Shown here one piece after another: positions 56,315 through 64,000 of a stretch of 64,000 bases of DNA. Within the stretch, counting starts at the first letter, position 1, and every line of letters starts with the position of its first letter. The DNA comes from Thermoanaerobaculia bacterium (GTDB lineage: Bacteria; Acidobacteriota; Thermoanaerobaculia; Multivoradales; Multivoraceae). The DNA lies in assembly GCA_963664405.1 (NCBI GenBank), contig OY761158.1, positions 128,001 to 192,000 on the forward strand. The letters are read 5' to 3'. A program made the position numbers and the translations under genes. The notes below the pieces were generated by a model. It did no database searches and was not told the DNA's origin. It worked only from the letters and a program-made list of their open reading frames with translations.

Positions 56315-56778
56315 TGTGTCCCCGATTCGCCGCCCCGATCCACCAGCGCCGACATGCAGACAGCCTCGGCCGCGATCTCTCCCTCAACCAGCACTCTGCC
56401 CTTGAGCTTACACGTCGTCTTACGGAAGCGTACGACTTCGACCTCGTAGCGCAGCTGATCGCCTGGAACAACCGGTCGACGGAACCTGGCTCTTTCGATA
56501 GACATGAAATAGAGCAGCTTCTGCTCTCGATCTTCCAGCTCATGCAGGAGAAGGATGCCGCCCGCTTGCGCAACTCCTTCGATCAGGAGCACGCCGGGCA
56601 TCACCGGTCGCTCCGGAAAGTGGCCCTGGAAAAAACCCTCGTTCGCCGACACATTCTTAGTTGCAACGATGCGCTTTCCAGCCTCCAGCTCGAGCACTCT
56701 ATCCACCAATAACATTGGATAGCGGTGCGGCAAGACCGACTGGATCCAACGAATATCCTTTGGGCCGAGAACGGACAC
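56302..56778 (-). CDS. fabZ: 3-hydroxyacyl-ACP dehydratase
   Basis: LPHRYPMLLVDR, FFQGHFP..PVMPGVL..E, FR.PVVPGD; GTG 56778 after AGGAG. Confidence 0.95.
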   Translation of the reverse strand: MSVLGPKDIRWIQSVLPHRYPMLLVDRVLELEAGKRIVATKNVSANEGFFQGHFPERPVMPGVLLIEGVAQAGGILLLHELEDREQKLLYFMSIERARFRRPVVPGDQLRYEVEVVRFRKTTCKLKGRVLVEGEIAAEAVCMSALVDRGGESGTQWPI

Positions 56779-56782
56779 AGCG

Positions 56783-57820
56783 CTACTCCTCCTTGTGAAT
56801 CTCTCGCTCGAGGGCGGCCACCCGCCGCCGTAGATCGGCCAGTCGCCCCAGAAGAGCACTCTGCCTCGTCCAGCGCGCGGCATCAATCGCTGGAATTCCG
56901 GCGACCTTCTTGCCTGCCTCGACATCACCGAAGACGGCGGACTTTCCAGCCACGGCCGCGTCATCGCCGATGCGAACGCGATTGGAGATACCTGCTTGGC
57001 CCGCCAAGACAACTCTCTCCCCAATCGAGGCGCTACCCGCGATCCCCACCTGACCGCAAAGGATGCTCGAGCGGCCCACGGTGACGTTATGACCGACTTG
57101 AACCAAGTTGTCGATCTTGGTCCCCGCGCCGATGCGAGTATCTTCGAGGGTTCCTCGGTCTATCGCCGAGTTTGCTCCAACTTCGATCGACTCTTCGAGG
57201 ACAACTCGTCCGACCTGAGGCACCTTGAGATGCCCCTCGGTCGTCGATATGTAACCAAAACCGTCGGCTCCGACGACGGTACCGGAATGCAGAGTGACGT
57301 TGTCACCAACCTCGCAGCGGCGGTAGAGCACAACATGCGGATGCAAAGTGACGGACCGGCCTACATGGCTTCCTGCACCCACGAAGACAAACGCGTGGAT
57401 AATCGCCCCTTCGCCAACCTCGCAGCCCTCTTCGAGAACCGCATAAGGACCAATGGTGGCGCTCTCAGCGATCTTGCAGCCGGATCCGACGACAGCCGTA
57501 GAGTGGACCCCGACCGGCTGCGGCGGCGCAGGGTAAAAGATTCCGAGCAGCGCGATGAGCGCCTTGCCCACATCCGTACAGACGAGCTTATCTCCGGCAA
57601 GTCCCTGCACCTCCTCCGACACCAGGAGAGCACCTGCCGAGCTCTGCTCTGCCAGCCGGCGCATCCCGGGATCGGTGAGGAAAGAGAGGTCGTTCGGGCC
57701 AGCAGCCTCGAGCGAGCGAAGGCCTGAGACCTGCCGCTCGGAGTCGCCCTCGACCCTCCCGGCGACCCGCTCGGCGAGCTCACTCAGCCGGTAGACCGCC
57801 TCACTCGCTGGCCGTGGCAT
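56783..57820 (-). CDS. lpxD: UDP-3-O-acyl-glucosamine N-acyltransferase
   Basis: GADGFGY, PQVG.V, IDRG, KIDNLVQVGHN; hexapeptide repeats. Confidence 0.96.
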   Translation of the reverse strand: MPRPASEAVYRLSELAERVAGRVEGDSERQVSGLRSLEAAGPNDLSFLTDPGMRRLAEQSSAGALLVSEEVQGLAGDKLVCTDVGKALIALLGIFYPAPPQPVGVHSTAVVGSGCKIAESATIGPYAVLEEGCEVGEGAIIHAFVFVGAGSHVGRSVTLHPHVVLYRRCEVGDNVTLHSGTVVGADGFGYISTTEGHLKVPQVGRVVLEESIEVGANSAIDRGTLEDTRIGAGTKIDNLVQVGHNVTVGRSSILCGQVGIAGSASIGERVVLAGQAGISNRVRIGDDAAVAGKSAVFGDVEAGKKVAGIPAIDAARWTRQSALLGRLADLRRRVAALEREIHKEE

Positions 57821-58340
57821 CCAATCGTTGGATTACCAGATCAGTGATGTCGATCTGTTGATCCGCGTACACGAGGCCGCTCTGAAATTTGTTGAAAATG
57901 AGGGTGTAGCTGAATTCCTGCCCGATCGCAGTGATGACAGGAAAGATCCGGTCCTCGACCTTCTTTATCTCCTCCTGCCTCAGTTTCTGTATGTCTCTCT
58001 CCGCGTCCTCACGCAGCCTCTCGAACTCGCGACCCTTCTCCTCGAGCTCTTGCTGAAGCTCGGCCAGCTTGTCTTCGGCCAACGACAAGCGCCCCTCCTG
58101 AAAGCGACGCTGCATTCCAACGAACTCGTCGTTGATTGCCTTGAGCTCCTCGGCCTTCTCATTCTGCGCCTTGTCGAGATCGGAAAGCACGGCTTTGCCC
58201 TGGGCGGAGTCTGTCATGACCCGACTCGTATCGATGACAGCGATCTTGGTCGCCCCTTGAGCTCGCACAACGCCGAGCACGCCAACCAGCCCAATGACGC
58301 TGCACACACCTACTCTCGCAAAGCTTCCACAAAGACTCAT
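57801..58340 (-). CDS. skp: Periplasmic chaperone Skp/OmpH
   Basis: Signal peptide, KIAVID, coiled coil, DITDLVI; lies between bamA and lpxD. Confidence 0.92.
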   Translation of the reverse strand: MSLCGSFARVGVCSVIGLVGVLGVVRAQGATKIAVIDTSRVMTDSAQGKAVLSDLDKAQNEKAEELKAINDEFVGMQRRFQEGRLSLAEDKLAELQQELEEKGREFERLREDAERDIQKLRQEEIKKVEDRIFPVITAIGQEFSYTLIFNKFQSGLVYADQQIDITDLVIQRLDATASE

Positions 58341-58358
58341 ATCACTCCTCCCCGATCC

Positions 58359-60785
58359 TCAAAAAGACGTCCCGATACTGAAATCGAAGCTCTGAAATCG
58401 CTCCTTGTCGAATTCAGGTAGGCCGGTGAAAGGATCAATATTTCTTGCATAGATGAAGCGCAGCGGTGCCCCGAAGAGCGGTATGTTGATGCGCAGCTCG
58501 ATTCCCGCAGAATATCGTAAATGACTCAGATCGTAGGCCTGCTCCTCAGAAAAGACATTGGCGGCGTCGACGAATGGGACCAATCTAAAGGGGCCACCGA
58601 GGAGGAACTGGTACTCCAGATTGAGCTGAAAGTACTTGTCACCGCCCTTGGGAAAACCAGCATCCAGAATGGTCCTACCGGTCTCGAAGTCGCGTGCCCA
58701 TACCGACCGGAACTCGAAGCCGCGAATGCTCTGCTCACCGCCCAGAAAGTAACGATTGAGGAAGAAGAGCTCTCGCGGCATACCTTCGTCGTCGTTGCCA
58801 AAGGGGTCGATCAGGCCGCCCTCGAGATTGATCCCGATCACGGTGCGCAGCGCGCCCTTGTAGATCGGCTTGAAGTAGGTAGCGCCGATCACCGGCTTGA
58901 TGAACCAGTCCTCCCCTCCCAAGGGGCCCCCGGCGTACTCCAGGTTGGCACGCAAGTAGGTGCCCCTCGTTGCTTCTAGGCGGCTATCTCGCTTGTCCCG
59001 CGTCCATCCCAGGCCGACGGAGGAGCGAGTGAAGTCGAAGCCCTGCGAGACGACAGTGTCCTCATCGCCGAGGAAGTTGAAAGACTGAAAGTCCTCGAAG
59101 GCCGACTGGGTGTAGCTCAGTGAGAGATTCTGCCAAGCTCCGAGCACACGCTGATAGGTGAGCGTTCCGCCCTCCTGCTTTCGCACGAAACGCTGATCCG
59201 CCAGCAGGTCGAAATCCAGATCTCTCTTGAATAGCTGGATGCCGGCATTCTGAGGCCGATCGCGCACCCACGGAACAAAATAGGAAACGTCGAAAGACTC
59301 GGAGTAGCGTCCAGTCTGAATCTGCGCCGCCAGCGTTTCGCCGCGGCCCAGAAAATTCCGCGTTCGTACGCCGCCCTGGACGAAGAAGCCTTCGAGCTGA
59401 CTGAAGCCGCCACCGAAGGTGAGCTCGGTGCGCTCCGCTTCGGTTCCTTTGATTACCATATTGACGAGCTTCTCGTCGCTGTCGATGTCGAGCTCGACGG
59501 GATCCTCTTCGAAGACCCTGAAGTAATCGAGCTGATTGATCCGAAAAATACTGCTCTTGAGCTGGCTCGAGTTGAATACAAGCCCTTCGTGCACACGCAG
59601 AGAGCGTCGAAGCACACGGTCCTTGGTCTTGGTGTTGCCCTCGAACTCGATCCGGCCGACCCGAAACTGATCCCCCTCTTCGATGGTCAGCTTGACGTCG
59701 GCAACCAGGTCTTCCCGCTCGATGATCTCTTTCTCAACCCTCGAGAACATGTACCCGGTGTTGTCATAGAACTCTTTGATTTGCTCCACTCCACCGTCTA
59801 TGACGTCGGCGCGAAGCCATCCCCCCTTCGGTTTCGGCAGTGCCCTGCGCAACACTTCTGTGGGGAGGACGTCGTTCCCCTCGAAGAGAAGCTCTCCAAG
59901 CTTCCAGCGTTCCCCTTCCTCCAATGGGATGACGAGTCCGAGCTGCCTCTTTTTCGGGCGGTCCTCGCTATCATTCTTCCCTTCGAGAACTTCGACCTCG
60001 GCCTCGCCGATAACCAGGTTCTTGTATCCCGCATTATGGTAAAGAGCGCGTATATTGTCGAGATCGAGCGCCAGGGTAGCGGGGTTATAGACGTCACGCT
60101 TGCGGATCTTGGTGATCAGATTGGACTTCTTGGTCTTCTTCATCGTGCTCCGAAGCTTCCCCTGGCTGAAGACCTCGTTGCCGTCGAAGCTGACCTTTCC
60201 GATCTTGACCTTGTTGCCCTCGTCGATCACCACGATCACCCGGCGCTCCATCTCCGAAACCTTCTCGAGCTGGATCGAGGCGTCGGCGAAGCGAAACCCC
60301 TTTTCCTCGTAGAGATTCTCAATCTCGGCTTCGAGCCTCGCCAACTCACCCTTGCTCAGGTAACTGCCCTCGAAGAGATCGATCCGCTGGCGGTCGACCA
60401 CTTCAGACATATCGCTGCGCTTCAGTTTGTCGAGACCCTGATAGTCGATCGACAACAGCAAAGGCCGCTCTTCGAGCACGATCAACAGATCTACGCCGTC
60501 CTCGGTGGGCTCAACCTCGACGCGGATGTCGTCAATGAGATCGCGATCCCAGATCTCTTTCATGCGCTCGTTCAGCAAGCGGGGATCGTAGATACCACCG
60601 ATCTCGATCTCCATGTAAAAAAGTAGATCCCTCTCTGTCAGCGTGACATTGCCCCGAATCTCGACTCCGGTTATGCGGCGCCCGGCGTACTCGCGGCTAG
60701 CCGCCGCCGGCTCGGTCAACAGCAGTGCGAACAAGGCCAGCAGGGCCAGCATCGGGCGGGCACACTTGACACTGAAGGAGAACAT
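58359..60785 (-). CDS. bamA: Outer membrane protein assembly factor BamA
   Basis: POTRA repeats (GN.KT.D.VLRR), NFLGRG, GG..SIRGF, C-terminal FSIGTSF; alternative TTG start 60809. Confidence 0.95.
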   Translation of the reverse strand: MFSFSVKCARPMLALLALFALLLTEPAAASREYAGRRITGVEIRGNVTLTERDLLFYMEIEIGGIYDPRLLNERMKEIWDRDLIDDIRVEVEPTEDGVDLLIVLEERPLLLSIDYQGLDKLKRSDMSEVVDRQRIDLFEGSYLSKGELARLEAEIENLYEEKGFRFADASIQLEKVSEMERRVIVVIDEGNKVKIGKVSFDGNEVFSQGKLRSTMKKTKKSNLITKIRKRDVYNPATLALDLDNIRALYHNAGYKNLVIGEAEVEVLEGKNDSEDRPKKRQLGLVIPLEEGERWKLGELLFEGNDVLPTEVLRRALPKPKGGWLRADVIDGGVEQIKEFYDNTGYMFSRVEKEIIEREDLVADVKLTIEEGDQFRVGRIEFEGNTKTKDRVLRRSLRVHEGLVFNSSQLKSSIFRINQLDYFRVFEEDPVELDIDSDEKLVNMVIKGTEAERTELTFGGGFSQLEGFFVQGGVRTRNFLGRGETLAAQIQTGRYSESFDVSYFVPWVRDRPQNAGIQLFKRDLDFDLLADQRFVRKQEGGTLTYQRVLGAWQNLSLSYTQSAFEDFQSFNFLGDEDTVVSQGFDFTRSSVGLGWTRDKRDSRLEATRGTYLRANLEYAGGPLGGEDWFIKPVIGATYFKPIYKGALRTVIGINLEGGLIDPFGNDDEGMPRELFFLNRYFLGGEQSIRGFEFRSVWARDFETGRTILDAGFPKGGDKYFQLNLEYQFLLGGPFRLVPFVDAANVFSEEQAYDLSHLRYSAGIELRINIPLFGAPLRFIYARNIDPFTGLPEFDKERFQSFDFSIGTSF

Positions 60786-60824
60786 TGGCTCTTCTGCCGG
60801 TGGGTTCAAGGCTAAAACGCTGGG

Positions 60825-60886
60825 AGGCGGGGAGGAATTCCCTCGCTATGGCGAGGAATTCTCTCGCCATGGCGAGGATGCCGCCT
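60825..60886. repeat. Short palindromic tandem repeat (21 bp x ~2.2) in clpC-bamA spacer
   Basis: GAGGAATTC(C/T)CTCGC(T/C)ATGGC at 60832 and 60853, plus GAGGA; flanked by AGGCGG/CCGCCT. Confidence 0.75.
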
Positions 60887-63317
60887 ACTTCGATTCAGTT
60901 CTCAGAGCCCGCGGAACCTCGGAAGCAGTGCGAAAACTCAGCTCGCCCTTCTCGATGCCAACAGAGATGGTGCCCACGTCAGCCTGCGCCTGCTGAATCA
61001 GGATGTCGGAGATCGCATCCTGAAGATACCTCTGGATCGTTCGTCGAAGCGGCCTAGCTCCGGTCGAGGGGTCGATTCCCGCCTTTTCGAGAAGCCACTC
61101 CTTCGCCGCCCCGTCCACTTCGACCCACATCTTCTTTTCAGCCAGGGTGGCGTTGAAGTCCTCGAGCAAGATATCGGTTATCAAACGAAGCTCTTCCGTA
61201 CCCAACGGATTGAAGACAATCACTTCGTCTACGCGGTTGATGAACTCCGGACTGAAGCTCCTTCGCAACTCGGAGAGTATCTCCTCTTCAATATGCTTGA
61301 AACTGTCATCTTCGTCCTCAGAGAAGCCCATCCTCCCACCGCGAAGCACCAGCTTGCTGCCGATATTCGAAGTGATGAGAATCAGGGCATTCTTGAAGTC
61401 CACATGGTTCCCGTAAGCGTCGGTGAGGGTGCCGTCCTCCAGGATCTGGAGCAAGAGATTACTGACGTCAGGGTGGGCCTTCTCGATCTCGTCAAACAGA
61501 AGCATCGAGTACGGCTGCCGGCGGATTCTTTCAGTCAGCTGACCGCCCTCTTCGTGCCCCACATACCCCGGCGGAGAGCCGATGAGCTTGGAAACAGCAT
61601 GCTTCTCCATGTACTCACTCATGTCGAAGCGCACCAGCGCGTCCTGGGTGCCGAAAAGAAACTCTGAGAGCCTGCGGGCCACCTCTGTTTTTCCGACGCC
61701 GGAAGGTCCCAGAAAGATGAAGGAGCCGACCGGGCGGTGAGGATCGGAGACTCCCAGGCGAGAGCGTCGGATGGCGCGACTGATGGCGCTGATCGCCCGA
61801 TCTTGCCCAACCACTCGCTTGCGGAGAATGTCCTCCATATTGGTCAGCCTCTCGACCTCCGCGCTCTTCAGACTCGCCAGGGGGATGCCCGTCCAGGAGG
61901 AGATCACTTCTTCAACATCCTCCGAGGTCACGGCCAAAATCCGCTCTTCGACCGCGAGCGAGCTGAGGTTCTCCAGATCCTCGCGCAGCTCGATCTCCTT
62001 TTCGCGAAGATAGACCGCTCTCTCAAAATCCTTCGCCGAGATGGCATCCTTCATCTCATGGACGACCTGTCGAATCTCCTGTTCGAGGCGCCGTAGATTC
62101 TGGGTATCGCGCGCGCGGCGGAGCTTCACTTTCGCCCCAGCCTCGTCGATCACATCGATCGCCTTGTCCGGCTGGTAGCGGTCACTGATATACCGGGTCG
62201 ATTGATAGATCGCCGCCCGCAGCGCTTCGTCTGTGTACTCGACCTTGTGGAAAAGCTCGTAGCGCTCCTTGAGACCCTCAAGAATCTCCAACGTTTCCTC
62301 GACGCTGGGCGGATCGATCTGGATTGCCTGGAAACGCCGAAGTAACGAGCGGTCCTTTTCGATGTACTTGCGATACTCCTTCAAGGTCGTCGCCCCGATG
62401 CAGGAGATTTCTCCTCTCGACAACGCCGGCTTGAGGATATTGGCAGCGTCCAAGGATCCCTCCGCTGATCCGGCACCGATCAGAGCATGGATCTCGTCGA
62501 TAAAGACGATGAGGTCGGGGCTTTCACGCAGCTCCTTGAGAATGCCCTTCAGCCTCTCCTCGAACTGGCCTCGATACTTGGTCCCCGCCACGATCAGCGA
62601 CAGATCGAGAGCGATCAGCCGTTTCTGCGCCAGCGAGACCGGGCAGTCCCCTCGGACAATGCGCTGCGCCAGCCCTTCGACGATCGCGGTCTTTCCGACT
62701 CCAGGCTCGCCAAGGAGGATGGGGTTGTTCTTGCTGCGGCGCGACAGAATCTGGACGATCCGCTCGAGCTCCTTCTGCCTGCCGATAAGCGGGTCGAAAG
62801 CGTCCTCAGCAACAAGGGCCGTCAGATCGCGCCCGTACTCGGAGAGAAAAGGAAGCTCTTTCTTCTGTTGCGAAACATCCTTGTCTTTGTTGATCCCCTG
62901 AACCTCTTCCCTCAGAGTGCCAACATCGAAACCGTACTGACGCAAAATTCGCATGCCGAGGCAGCCCTCGACCCGGAGGATGCCTATAAGCAGGTGCTCG
63001 GAGCCGACCGCCGGATGCGTCATCGTTTCCGCCTCGTGCGCGGCAAAGGCGAGCACCTTCTTCGACTCTTCCGACAAGGGGAGCTCAGCCGTCGAGGAGA
63101 TCCGCTCAACGAAGACGCGCTCACCCTCGATCTCACGCCGGATCTCATCCGGCTTTACGTGCAGGCGGCGGAACAGCTCGCTGGTGGTGTCCTCGCCCTC
63201 TCGCAAAATACCGAGCAGGATGTGCTCTGTCTCGATCACCCTGCTGCCCAGCTTGCTGGCCTCGTAGCGGGCGAAAAACAGGGCCCTGCGGGCCTTCTCG
63301 TTGTACTTCTCGAACAT
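60885..63317 (-). CDS. clpC: ATP-dependent Clp protease ATPase subunit ClpC
   Basis: Clp_N (EHILLG), GEPGVGKT, UVR-like middle domain (DFERA..LRE.E), GPSGVGKT, MGF ClpP-docking loop; ATG 63317. Confidence 0.94.
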   Translation of the reverse strand: MFEKYNEKARRALFFARYEASKLGSRVIETEHILLGILREGEDTTSELFRRLHVKPDEIRREIEGERVFVERISSTAELPLSEESKKVLAFAAHEAETMTHPAVGSEHLLIGILRVEGCLGMRILRQYGFDVGTLREEVQGINKDKDVSQQKKELPFLSEYGRDLTALVAEDAFDPLIGRQKELERIVQILSRRSKNNPILLGEPGVGKTAIVEGLAQRIVRGDCPVSLAQKRLIALDLSLIVAGTKYRGQFEERLKGILKELRESPDLIVFIDEIHALIGAGSAEGSLDAANILKPALSRGEISCIGATTLKEYRKYIEKDRSLLRRFQAIQIDPPSVEETLEILEGLKERYELFHKVEYTDEALRAAIYQSTRYISDRYQPDKAIDVIDEAGAKVKLRRARDTQNLRRLEQEIRQVVHEMKDAISAKDFERAVYLREKEIELREDLENLSSLAVEERILAVTSEDVEEVISSWTGIPLASLKSAEVERLTNMEDILRKRVVGQDRAISAISRAIRRSRLGVSDPHRPVGSFIFLGPSGVGKTEVARRLSEFLFGTQDALVRFDMSEYMEKHAVSKLIGSPPGYVGHEEGGQLTERIRRQPYSMLLFDEIEKAHPDVSNLLLQILEDGTLTDAYGNHVDFKNALILITSNIGSKLVLRGGRMGFSEDEDDSFKHIEEEILSELRRSFSPEFINRVDEVIVFNPLGTEELRLITDILLEDFNATLAEKKMWVEVDGAAKEWLLEKAGIDPSTGARPLRRTIQRYLQDAISDILIQQAQADVGTISVGIEKGELSFRTASEVPRALRTESK

Positions 63318-63355
63318 CGATCCCAATGCCGTTGTAGTCGTCGTCGGTAGGCCTC

Positions 63356-64000
63356 TCAGGCCTTCAGCACACCTTCCTCGAGACGCCAAAGTTTAGCACA
63401 GCGCTTTGCCGCATCAGGGTTGTGGGTGGCCAGAATAGCTGTCATCCCATGCCGTTCTTGGAGCTCGACCAGAAGGTCGAGCACCCGGCGCCCGGTCGCA
63501 GGATCCAGATTTCCCGTCGGTTCGTCCGCCAACAACAGAGGCGGGCTCAGGGCCAGCGCTCGACACAGAGCGACGCGCTGCTGCTCCCCCCCTGAAAGCT
63601 GGTTGGGAAAGTGCTCGAGACGCTCTTCGAGGCCAACCTCTACAAGCAGAGCACGGCCCCGCTCGGTATTCTCAGTGGCGGGAAGACCAGCGATTCGTCC
63701 CGGGATCATGACGTTCTCGAGGGCCGTGAAATCGGGAAGCAATTGGTGAAACTGAAAGACAAAGCCGATGTTGCGATTCCTGAAACGTGCGAGGCGTCCA
63801 GCCGAAAGACTCCCTATCGCGGTCTCCCCGATGTGCACACTGCCTTGGTCCGGTTGATCGAGAGCACCGAGTAAATTGAGCAGGGTCGTCTTCCCGGAAC
63901 CGGACGGCCCGACAATCGACACCAGCTCACCGGCTTCGACCTCGAAGTCGACATTCTTCAGCACCTCGACCCGACGGGAGGCGTCGCGGTACTCCTTACA
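63356..64000 (-). CDS. lolD: ABC transporter ATP-binding protein, LolD-like (5' end outside window)
   Basis: GPSGSGKT, FVFQFHQLL.DFTALENV, LSGGEQQR, DEPTGNLD; upstream of the bamA operon. Confidence 0.85.
   Translation of the reverse strand, partial: CKEYRDASRRVEVLKNVDFEVEAGELVSIVGPSGSGKTTLLNLLGALDQPDQGSVHIGETAIGSLSAGRLARFRNRNIGFVFQFHQLLPDFTALENVMIPGRIAGLPATENTERGRALLVEVGLEERLEHFPNQLSGGEQQRVALCRALALSPPLLLADEPTGNLDPATGRRVLDLLVELQERHGMTAILATHNPDAAKRCAKLWRLEEGVLKA

Noticed and set aside
1-64000. Very frequent TCGA/CTCGAG words
   Set aside because: Largely explained by CTC/GTC/ATC-GAG/GAC codon pairs in a high-GC genome. Over-representation cannot be shown without a codon-aware Markov test.

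Overview
High-GC (~64% by eye) bacterial core-genome segment. It is probably from Acidobacteriota, Thermoanaerobaculia-like; this is inferred from the acidobacterial VWA protein, the Thr-type sulfatase-like lipoproteins and the lolD-clpC-bamA gene order. About 60 CDSs lie almost entirely on the minus strand. They include an outer-membrane/lipid A operon (lolD-clpC-bamA-skp-lpxD-fabZ-lpxA-gnnA-like), nucleoside salvage genes (mtnP, apt, pdp, cinA), plsY-gpsA-guaA, a nnr-tsaE-phoH-7TM/HD-ybeY-era-mgtE-recO-mutL-rnc-asnS run, rimO-ribF-trxA, murJ, a class II DAHP synthase, a split TRAP transporter and one tRNA-Arg(CCT). I found no transposase, integrase, prophage or CRISPR array. The most unusual non-coding signals are (i) two homologous CTAG-bounded MITE-like hairpin elements (7396-7574 and 45093-45259) that share an internal core but have different terminal inverted repeats, and (ii) a 167-bp-period structured tandem array directly downstream of asnS. 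Notable proteins are a PilZ-TM-AMIN protein upstream of murJ, a DUF62 SAM-hydrolase homologue with its triad His replaced by Asp, and a GnnA-like oxidoreductase coupled to lpxA. All product calls come from motif recognition by eye; no database searches were run.
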